NCBI GenBank assembly: GCA_040235515.1
Contig: JBECKX010000101.1
Coordinates: forward strand, 1 to 36,847
DNA length: 36,847 nt
Source of the DNA: Candidatus Zixiibacteriota bacterium
GTDB taxonomy: Bacteria > Zixibacteria > MSB-5A5 > CAIYYT01
Reading direction: 5' to 3'
Positions within the stretch are counted from its first letter, which is position 1; every line of letters starts with the position of its first letter. This document shows positions 18,220-25,799 of this stretch, in pieces. The position numbers and the translations under genes were made by a program. The notes under the pieces were generated by a model. The model made no database searches, was not told the DNA's origin, and saw only the letters and a list, made by a program, of their open reading frames with translations.

Positions 18220-18261
18220 AGCGTTCTCCTTTCGGCCAGTAATAGCAGTCTCAATCTGGAA

Positions 18262-18290
18262 ATAATACGTAAATTGGAGGATTTGGTCAA
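18262..18290 (-). promoter_or_regulatory. Sigma70 promoter of aconitase (TTGACC-N17-TATTAT)
   Basis: 5/6 matches at both hexamers with 17-bp spacing, 42 bp upstream of the ATG. Confidence 0.7.
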
Positions 18291-18308
18291 AGGATTTTAT
18301 AGTGGTGC

Positions 18309-18326
18309 TTGTGAAAGATTTCACGA
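18309..18326. promoter_or_regulatory. Rex/CRP-type palindromic operator TTGTGAA-AGAT-TTCACGA
   Basis: 13 of 14 specified positions match Rex TTGTGAA-N4-TTCACAA; also reads as CRP-like TGTGA-N6-TCACG. Confidence 0.65.
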
Positions 18327-18504
18327 TCCAATCGAAGCGAAACAGTGTACCAATACTCAACTAAAGGGGTATTCGAAATGCGCCGATATTCATGCTAACA
18401 AATGGTCGCGGCGCGATCCCTCTTGCGAGAGCAGATCCGACGCGGCGGTAACTGCAGCACCCGGGTCATTAGCACGGGCCCACCAGAGGGGAAAGATATA
18501 CAGC

Positions 18505-18882
18505 ATGGATTACGCGAAACATCTCTCAAGTCTGCCGGAAATGCTCCAGGAATTGCTTTGCGGCGACATCGATCGTGAAGAGGAGCAGCTTGCAGAGGGG
18601 ACAGCTGCCGGGCCGGGGCGCAAGTTCGAGATAGTTGTGGGGGCGGATGATCCCCGCGTAGCCATTTTCGGCGCCTGCTGCAGCGCACAGATGCTGTCGA
18701 ATTTCCTGCACCAGAACCCCGGCGAAGATGATCTGACGCTGCCATTCCAGTTTGCCGAGATGATCAGGATGTTTCCTGAGATCAAGGGTGAGATCGGCAA
18801 GGTTGCCTACTGCCTCGGCGAATGTATCGAAAACATCGTTGGTGCAATCGCTCAACTCGACGAGAATAACCTGCTCGGATAA
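18505..18882 (+). CDS. Hypothetical acidic, Cys-containing cytoplasmic protein (125 aa)
   Basis: C-terminal part of ORF 18181..18882 from ATG 18505; purine-rich GAGGGG upstream; followed by a terminator hairpin. Confidence 0.6.
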   Translation: MDYAKHLSSLPEMLQELLCGDIDREEEQLAEGTAAGPGRKFEIVVGADDPRVAIFGACCSAQMLSNFLHQNPGEDDLTLPFQFAEMIRMFPEIKGEIGKVAYCLGECIENIVGAIAQLDENNLLG

Positions 18883-18920
18883 CTACGGCTTAGCTGGTTA
18901 CAGCGTAGCTGGATAGATAG

Positions 18921-18955
18921 AAAAAGGCCGAAGCGCTAATGCCGCTTCGGCCTTT
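18921..18955. terminator. Bidirectional intrinsic terminator between convergent genes
   Basis: 13-bp stem AAAGGCCGAAGCG/CGCTTCGGCCTTT with A- and T-rich flanks. Confidence 0.85.
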
Positions 18956-19003
18956 CAATTTTCCGCCATCCCGTTCGGGATGGTTTTACTGCTATCGTTT
19001 GAG

Positions 19004-19711
19004 CTACGCGGATTTCCGCCGTCTGATAACTCCGATACCAACCAGGCCCGACCCGAGCAGCATCAGGGTAGCCGGTTCAGGGATCACATCGGAATGAGTG
19101 TCGGGACGCAATATCTTATAGATTGGCGCACCGGCATCATCGTAGAGCAACCCGTTTTGCGGAGCTGCGGTGGGGTTGGGATCAAGGAAATCAGTATTAT
19201 AGGCGTACACCGGCTGCTGATTATACTTGCCGTCCTTCGCGTAGAAATTGCCCCATGTCGGCGCCTTACTAGAGATGAACGAGAATGTCTGAATATTGGC
19301 GCTACCGTTGGCATCAATCTTCAATCCCCACAGCGCGCCGGGCATTCCCGGATTCGACGGGTTTGCGCTGCTGTAAGTATTCACCGCCCACTCCTTCGGA
19401 TCGCCATTATTCCACTTTACATTCCAGAAATCGGACGCAGTGGCGTTCGGTGAGATCTCGAGGACGAGGTGACTGGGTGATTTGGCCAGATCGCCGCCGG
19501 CCGGGTTGCTGAGGGTGTAATCGTAACTCCAGCTGTTAGCGCCAACCTTGGTGATCTCCCACGATATCTTGAAGCCACCGAGGGCGCTATTCCAGGGCTG
19601 AGTGGCGAAAACGCCGCTCGGGGTGCTCAGAGCACCGGTATAGGTTTGGGCAGTTAATGCTACAGGTAGGAAAAGCGATACCACCGCGAGTAGTAAAACG
19701 AGTCTCCGCAT
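19004..19711 (-). CDS. PEP-CTERM sorting-domain surface protein
   Basis: Signal peptide; C-terminal IPEPATLMLLGSGLVGIGVIRRRKSA (PEP, TM helix, basic tail). Confidence 0.95.
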   Translation of the reverse strand: MRRLVLLLAVVSLFLPVALTAQTYTGALSTPSGVFATQPWNSALGGFKISWEITKVGANSWSYDYTLSNPAGGDLAKSPSHLVLEISPNATASDFWNVKWNNGDPKEWAVNTYSSANPSNPGMPGALWGLKIDANGSANIQTFSFISSKAPTWGNFYAKDGKYNQQPVYAYNTDFLDPNPTAAPQNGLLYDDAGAPIYKILRPDTHSDVIPEPATLMLLGSGLVGIGVIRRRKSA

Positions 19712-19944
19712 CTATTCGGGCCTTTCTCAACAAGAAGTAGTTTCGAGTACAATTAGCAGTAGCTGACCAAAAATGGTCGAAGTTGGTATACAATATAAGG
19801 CGTTTCCGAAATTCGTCAAGCTGATATGCGTTCGGTGGTGTATCAAGCTTGACCACCCGCCGCCCTGCTTCACCTGCTGCTGCCGAAGTCGTTGTGTCAT
19901 ATTGTATTCATTACACCGGGTGTATCGGCAGGAGCTAATTCCAC

Positions 19945-19973
19945 TTGACCTCACCCCGCCGAGGCTCTAAGTT
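19945..19973 (+). promoter_or_regulatory. Putative sigma70 promoter of the M16 pair (TTGACC-N17-TAAGTT)
   Basis: Consensus-like hexamers 61 bp upstream of ATG 20035. Confidence 0.5.
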
Positions 19974-20034
19974 CCCGTCAGCGCGTTTGACAAGAATCTC
20001 CAGACTTCAGAAACTCTTTAAGTGAGTAGATACC

Positions 20035-21375
20035 ATGAATGGTCCTGCTAAGAATCTTCTGGCTTGCTGCCTCGGCATTGTATTGCTGTTGGCGGCAGAG
20101 CGGGTGGCGGCTTTTGATCTCGATGTTCGAGAGTATGAGTTCAAGAATGGCTTGAAACTGCTGGTGGCACCAGACACGACAGCTCCTACCGTAAGTGTCT
20201 ACACCTGGGTGAACGCCGGATCACGCGACGAGGATCGCGACGGCATCACCGGACTGGCGCACGTCTTCGAACACATGATGTTCCGGGGCACCGAGAAGTT
20301 TCCTGACTACGCCGCCGCGGTAGCGCCATTGGGGGCACAGACAAATGCCTTCACGGAGCAAGATTACACGGCATACTTCATAAACGCGGAATCGCGATTC
20401 CTGCGCGAGATGCTTGAACTCGAGGCGGACCGTATCCGCAACCTGATCTTCACGAATGAGACATTCAGGACTGAGTTGGGTCCGGTCAAGGAAGAGAAGC
20501 GGCGCTTTGTAGACAACAGCGCGGATGGCACTCTCGATCAGGAACTGTGGATGACGGCGTTTACACGCCACACTTACCATCACCCCGTGATCGGCTGGAC
20601 GGAGGACCTTGAGCAGAAAATGCAATTCGCCGACGGGCTGCAGTTCAAGAATCGTTACTATGCGCCGAACAACTGCTACCTGGTGATTGCCGGGAATGTC
20701 GATCCTGATCAAGCGCGGGAATGGGTGGATGAGTTCTATGGCGATTGGCCGCCCGGACCGGCGTACACTGCCGTGGTCATGCCTGAGCCGGAGCAGACAG
20801 AAGCGCGCATCAAGGAGATTAGCTGGAAGGATGATCAGACATCCCCGCTGGTAGCGATCGGGTATCACACCTTCGATCCGGGTGAGAACCTGGAGGGGTA
20901 TGCTGCGCTGTCGCTCCTCAATGAGATGCTCTTCTCACAGTGGGGTGCGGCGACCGAACTGCTGAAGAAGGAGCTTGAAGTCGTGGAATCGGTGACAGGC
21001 GAGTGCAGGCTCTCCAAAGATCCGGGACTTGAGTCAATCAAGATCCGGATGCGGCGGGGAGGGGCAATCGATCTTGCCATCGACACCCTGACTGCCCTGA
21101 TCGAGAGCTTCATCAGCACGGAAGAAGAACCGGCATCACTGCTGCGTGCGCGCAACAGCTTGAGAGCGCAGATGATCTACCGCCTCAACCGCCCTGCCCG
21201 CGTCGCCGGAACGATCGGGAATTACCAGATCGTGACCGGTAACCACAGGGACTTGGGAAGACTCTACGACCTCTACGAGGATGTGCCGTGGGGGGAAATC
21301 AGGGCTACTGCTGCAAAGGTGTTTGTACCCGAGCGACGGACGGTAATCAAGCTGATACCGAAACAATCGTCGTAA
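20035..21375 (+). CDS. M16 (pitrilysin-family) zinc peptidase, catalytic subunit, secreted
   Basis: GLAHVFEHMMFRGT (HxxEH), NAFT..DYTAY, EE.R, YHHPVIGW, YYAPNN; signal peptide. Confidence 0.95.
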   Translation: MNGPAKNLLACCLGIVLLLAAERVAAFDLDVREYEFKNGLKLLVAPDTTAPTVSVYTWVNAGSRDEDRDGITGLAHVFEHMMFRGTEKFPDYAAAVAPLGAQTNAFTEQDYTAYFINAESRFLREMLELEADRIRNLIFTNETFRTELGPVKEEKRRFVDNSADGTLDQELWMTAFTRHTYHHPVIGWTEDLEQKMQFADGLQFKNRYYAPNNCYLVIAGNVDPDQAREWVDEFYGDWPPGPAYTAVVMPEPEQTEARIKEISWKDDQTSPLVAIGYHTFDPGENLEGYAALSLLNEMLFSQWGAATELLKKELEVVESVTGECRLSKDPGLESIKIRMRRGGAIDLAIDTLTALIESFISTEEEPASLLRARNSLRAQMIYRLNRPARVAGTIGNYQIVTGNHRDLGRLYDLYEDVPWGEIRATAAKVFVPERRTVIKLIPKQSS

Positions 21376-21434
21376 GCCGGCTCGATGTAAACTTGAAAGT
21401 GATACTGAATCTAATCCTGGATATGGTTCTGGAT

Positions 21435-22928
21435 ATGAATAGAGTGAAAAGATTTTCGACTGTGGCGTTGATGATGGTGGTTATCGCGCTGATCTGCGGC
21501 TGTTCTGCCGATTCAGGCAATGAGCTAGTAGTAATCGAGAAGGCGTCTCCACCGGTGATCTACTACCGCACGATGATTGATGCCGGTTCAGCCTACGATC
21601 CTGAGGAAAAACCGGGACTGGCCTATTTCACGGCGATGATGCTGAATAAGGGGACGAGGAATTATTCCCGGCAGGAGATCGAGACTAAGCTGGCGGATAT
21701 CGGCGCGCAGATCAACATCTCGGTGGACAAAGAGGTTGTCGTGATCTCGGGCCAGACTTTGAAGGAAAATGTGGGTGAGTTCTATTCGATTTACAGCGAG
21801 ATAATTCTCCATCCGCTTTTCCCCGACGACGAGGTGACGCGCCAGCGCGCGGAGCAACTGGACAGGCTCGACAGGATTCGCGAGGATGATGCCGAACTAT
21901 CGCTGGCTGTCCTGGAGACGGAACTTTACGCCGGGCACCGCTACGGTCACCTGCTGGAAGGGACATCATCCGCGGTACGGACGATCACCCGCGATGACGT
22001 GACGCGGTTCCATAAACGGTACTACCTGCGCGGCAACACCTATGCCGGAATCGCCGGGGCGGTTGATGATACTCTCGTTGCCAGGTTCAAGGCTGATTTG
22101 CGAAAGTTGCCCGCCGGGAAGGTGATCCGCTCAGATAATATTCCGCGTAACCCGCGCAGTCGGAGAGTCATTTTGGTGGAGAAGGAAGGGCTGACACAAT
22201 CCCATATTCGAATCGGACACCACCTTGACCTGGGCAGGGGAGACGACGGCTATTATCCGCTGCGAATCCTCGGCAGTTACCTCGGGCAGCACCGGGAGAT
22301 GTTCGGTCAGTTGTTCAGGCACGTACGGGCGGAGCGAGGACTATCGTACGGCGCCTATGCCTACATGGAGTACTTCAACCAATCCGGCTGGTCAAAGTTG
22401 CCGGCAGCCGGTATCCCCCGCTCGGATCAGTATTTCCATATGTGGACCTACCCGAAGGAAGTGAATTTCGAGTTCTGCATCAAGATGCTGCTCGATGAAA
22501 TGTCGCAGTTGATTGCGGAACCGATTCCGGTTGAGGATGTGGACCGCACGAAGGATTTCCTCGCGAACCACTTCGCGTTCGAGATCGAGACTCCGGATGC
22601 TCAACTGGGGATGAACCTGGACGAGCAGTGGTATGGCCTGCCTGATTATGTCGAGACGTTTCGGGATCGGATCGAGTCGGTGCCGAGAACAGAATTGCAG
22701 ACGCTGGCGCTTGATCACCTGCACCCGGACGAGACACTCATCGTCGCTGTCGTATCTGATGCTCAGGCGGCAAAAGAGGAGTTGCTGACCGTCTCGACGC
22801 GACTGGAGTTGCCATCGGGTGCGGAAGAGGGAGGTCTGAAAGAAGAGAACGACCGCATCAAGATGATTGACCTGGACCTCCAGCCGGAGGAGATTACTAT
22901 CGTGCGCGGGGAAGATCTATTCGAGTAG
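21435..22928 (+). CDS. M16 peptidase non-catalytic partner subunit, lipoprotein
   Basis: GSAYDP..KPGLAYFTAMML..GT (HxxEH lost), VRAERGLSYG substrate-binding R/Y motif; lipobox-like ICGC; ATG 21435 preferred (21423 possible). Confidence 0.9.
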   Translation: MNRVKRFSTVALMMVVIALICGCSADSGNELVVIEKASPPVIYYRTMIDAGSAYDPEEKPGLAYFTAMMLNKGTRNYSRQEIETKLADIGAQINISVDKEVVVISGQTLKENVGEFYSIYSEIILHPLFPDDEVTRQRAEQLDRLDRIREDDAELSLAVLETELYAGHRYGHLLEGTSSAVRTITRDDVTRFHKRYYLRGNTYAGIAGAVDDTLVARFKADLRKLPAGKVIRSDNIPRNPRSRRVILVEKEGLTQSHIRIGHHLDLGRGDDGYYPLRILGSYLGQHREMFGQLFRHVRAERGLSYGAYAYMEYFNQSGWSKLPAAGIPRSDQYFHMWTYPKEVNFEFCIKMLLDEMSQLIAEPIPVEDVDRTKDFLANHFAFEIETPDAQLGMNLDEQWYGLPDYVETFRDRIESVPRTELQTLALDHLHPDETLIVAVVSDAQAAKEELLTVSTRLELPSGAEEGGLKEENDRIKMIDLDLQPEEITIVRGEDLFE

Positions 22929-22978
22929 CCTATTCCTGCCTTACAATCGAGTGCGGGTCGCCGATCGCACGAAAAATA

Positions 22979-23006
22979 TTGACAACATGAGTCAATTATC
23001 TATCTT
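22979..23006 (+). promoter_or_regulatory. Putative sigma70 promoter (TTGACA-N16-TATCTT) overlapped by an inverted repeat
   Basis: Perfect -35 hexamer; ATTGAC-N7-GTCAAT at 22978-22996. Confidence 0.5.
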
Positions 23007-23252
23007 TTTACCTGCATCAAGTAGCGGGAGTTAGCGCCGCAGGCGGACACTGCGCTCGGCCCTGCTACACTACCCAAATTACTTTCAGTTTCAGTGAGTC
23101 TTAGAGGCGAGGAGCGGAGAACCGGCGCCCGGGAACAATTGTGGCGTGACGGAGACAATCGGCTGCGATTCTTGAGCGTTCGAAGTCCGAGTCCTGACGC
23201 AACCACACCACCGAAGAAAAACAAATACAGCAATACACCTTTCAGTGAGGAA

Positions 23253-25301
23253 ATGATGCGTAAGACGTATGTATTTCTTGCTTTCGTATGGCTATGCGCC
23301 ATGACACCCCTGTTCGCGTTTGTGCCGTCCCAGGTGAATTACCAGGGCCGATTATCGGATCCATCGGGCAATCCGCTCACCGACACGGTGAGTCTGACAT
23401 TTTCGATACATGAATCGCCGGGTGGTGGGATTTCGATCTGGAGTGAGACGCACCCTTCCGTTCCGGTGGTAGATGGGATTTTTACCGTGGTCCTGGGGAG
23501 GTTCACACCGCTGGATGAATCCGTGTTCGATATCACGACAATCATCAATCGCTACCTGGCGATTTCGGTCAACGGGGCTCCGGCGCTGCAGCCGTTGCAG
23601 GAGATTCTGGCAGTCCCTTACGCCCTGCGGGTCGCAACGGTGGATGACGCGACCGGCGGTGTGATAGACGGCAAGTTGCGGGTTGGGACCAGCAATACCA
23701 ATGGGGGCGCGGATGCATTCGTGGCCGGGACTAATAACAAGGCGGAGGGTGCGCAGGCAGCTATCACCGGCGGTGGCAATAATACGGCAACCGGCGAGCG
23801 CGCGTTCGTGGGCGGGGGATCATCCAATGACGCGCTGGGGACAAGGTCATTCGTCGGAGGTGGCGAAAACAACACCGCTGACACGACTTACGCCTCAGTG
23901 GTTGGTGGACGCAACAACGTCGCGTCGGGCAGTACCTCCATTGTCGCCGGGGGCACTGCGAACCACGCCACGGGCGATCGCGCGGCAATCCTTGGCGGTA
24001 TCAACAACCTGGTTTCCGGTAGCTTCTCGATGATCGGAACAGGTTACAATAGCGAGGCCACTGGCGACTTCTCGGGAGTAATGGCGGGAATGGCGAACGC
24101 GGCGCGCGGGGAGTTGTCATTTGTTGGCGGCGGCGGTGGATCAAGCGCATACGGGGGGTCCCTTCCGCAGGATGGCGATTCCAACGTGGCGCTTGGAAGC
24201 TGGTCGGTGGTGGTCGGCGGGCATGCGAATATTGCTGGTGGAGAGGGAGCATTTGTCGGTGGAGGAGGGAATCATCGAACTTTATCGGACTACTCGTTCA
24301 TCGGTGGTGGTCAGTCCAATACAACACAAGGCAACTCCGCTGCAATAGTCGCCGGGGTGATGAACACCACGAAGGATGATTTCGCGTTCGTTGGTGGCGG
24401 ACAATCGAACGCTGCAAGTGGTCGATGGTCGACTGTGCCGGGTGGACGATCGAATGCCGCTTCAGCAAACTACTCGTTCGCCGCAGGCCGCAGGGCTCTT
24501 GCCACCCATGTGGGAACCTTCGTGTGGGCTGACTCCGTAAACCAGGACTTCCATTCGACTGCCGCAAACCAATTCCTGGTTCGGGCGGGCGGCGGAGTAG
24601 GTATCGGCACCAGTTCACCGAAGGCGCCACTCCATGTCCAGAAGGGGTCGACAGGCATATTATTCCCCTGCAATTCGACCATGATGCTGGAAAGCACGAA
24701 TGGTTGTGTACTCTCGATGTCGGCTCTTGATGATCAACCGACTGGACTGTATATGTGCTATCCGAACAGCAGCCCCGATGGGGTACTCCAGTTCAACTCG
24801 GCGGGGGTCCCTCATGGCTGGCAATTTCAGACAAACACGAACCCGATTGCACTCAACATTGATGCGGCCGGTAATGTGGGTGTAGGGGATACGACTCCGG
24901 AAGAGAAGCTCAAGGTCCAGGGGAACATCCTGGCATCAGGTACGGTTTGTGCCTCCAATATCGTGTGTCCATCGGACGAACGACTGAAGACTAATATCAG
25001 AACAATCGAGGACGCCCTGACACTGGTTGAACAGCTACGCGGCGTAAAATTCGACTGGCGGGAAGACGTGGCATCGAATAGCGAGATCCCGCGCGTTCGA
25101 CAGATCGGCTTGATCGCGCAGGAAGTAATGCAGATCGCACCTGAAGCAGTTGTTCAGGGTGCCGATGGCTACTATGCCGTGGACTACTCGCGGTTGGTGC
25201 CGTTGCTGATTCAGGGGATGAAGGAGCAGCAACAACAGATATATGAAGCCAGTAGGCAGATCGCAGAACTGAAGGCGTTGGTGGAGCAGCTGGTGCAATA
25301 G
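23253..25301 (+). CDS. Secreted tail-fibre/adhesin-like protein with Gly-rich 14-aa head repeats and a C-terminal peptidase S74 intramolecular chaperone
   Basis: Signal peptide, NYQGRL.D..G.P N-terminal domain, many xxAFVGGGxxNxAxG repeats, SDERLKTNI...LRGVKFDW...IGLIAQEV...VDYSRLVPLLI and a coiled coil; GAGG RBS before ATG 23253. Confidence 0.9.
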   Translation: MMRKTYVFLAFVWLCAMTPLFAFVPSQVNYQGRLSDPSGNPLTDTVSLTFSIHESPGGGISIWSETHPSVPVVDGIFTVVLGRFTPLDESVFDITTIINRYLAISVNGAPALQPLQEILAVPYALRVATVDDATGGVIDGKLRVGTSNTNGGADAFVAGTNNKAEGAQAAITGGGNNTATGERAFVGGGSSNDALGTRSFVGGGENNTADTTYASVVGGRNNVASGSTSIVAGGTANHATGDRAAILGGINNLVSGSFSMIGTGYNSEATGDFSGVMAGMANAARGELSFVGGGGGSSAYGGSLPQDGDSNVALGSWSVVVGGHANIAGGEGAFVGGGGNHRTLSDYSFIGGGQSNTTQGNSAAIVAGVMNTTKDDFAFVGGGQSNAASGRWSTVPGGRSNAASANYSFAAGRRALATHVGTFVWADSVNQDFHSTAANQFLVRAGGGVGIGTSSPKAPLHVQKGSTGILFPCNSTMMLESTNGCVLSMSALDDQPTGLYMCYPNSSPDGVLQFNSAGVPHGWQFQTNTNPIALNIDAAGNVGVGDTTPEEKLKVQGNILASGTVCASNIVCPSDERLKTNIRTIEDALTLVEQLRGVKFDWREDVASNSEIPRVRQIGLIAQEVMQIAPEAVVQGADGYYAVDYSRLVPLLIQGMKEQQQQIYEASRQIAELKALVEQLVQ

Positions 25302-25335
25302 TCAGCTTTCCCCCACCCGATAAGAGCATCAAGCG

Positions 25336-25369
25336 TGGCCGGAATCAACGCGATTCCGGCCATTTTTTT
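25336..25369 (+). terminator. Intrinsic terminator
   Basis: 11-bp stem TGGCCGGAATC/GATTCCGGCCA followed by T7. Confidence 0.9.
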
Positions 25370-25693
25370 CTCCCGGCGTCGCGTGCGTATAGTTAATCAC
25401 AATGAATGCAGCAGCGCCGCAAGCCAGGCTCGGATATCTCGATTCAGACTTCAGTTTTCTATGAATTTTCAGAAAGTGGCAGGCATAAAAAAAATCAACA
25501 AGGGGAAGCCGTCCTCTCCTACTTCACTGATACACCCAATGGTATCAGTCAAGTGCTTCCCCTGTCGATTACACAACTGAGGCGTACCTCAGCTATATTA
25601 TACATAGGGTGCCGTATCCGCGCAAGGAAAACTTGCAGTTTTTCTGTGCGATTTCTGACACTCTCAGGCGCTGCGCGCTGAGACAATCTGGGC

Positions 25694-25723
25694 TTGACCG
25701 CAACGCACCCGCTCAGCTATATT
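25694..25723 (+). promoter_or_regulatory. Putative sigma70 promoter (TTGACC-N18-TATATT)
   Basis: Near-consensus hexamers 76 bp upstream of GTG 25800. Confidence 0.45.
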
Positions 25724-25799
25724 GGCTTTTCCGCGGTCGTCGCCGACGCCCGTGCCGTGACCGTAAGCTGTTGCCGTATAAAAGATTGGAGATGTCGCT

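Noticed and set aside
19755..19770. Sigma54-like TGGTCAGCTACTGC upstream of the PEP-CTERM gene
   Set aside because: GG-to-GC spacing is 9 bp, not the required 10
23690..24500. Repetitive GGCGG/AAC-rich DNA suggesting a CRISPR array or DGR repeat
   Set aside because: Explained by degenerate 14-aa protein repeats; no identical direct repeats, no adenine-specific TR/VR pair, and no cas or reverse transcriptase gene
23253..25301. Prophage suggested by the tail-fibre chaperone domain
   Set aside because: Gene has a signal peptide and its own promoter and terminator, is flanked by housekeeping genes, and no integrase or structural phage genes are present
25370..25799. Lysine riboswitch or small ORFs upstream of the saccharopine dehydrogenase
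   Set aside because: No L-box consensus seen; small ORFs lack RBS and motifs; the weak CRP-like TGTGC-N6-TGACA at 25645-60 is too degenerate to call
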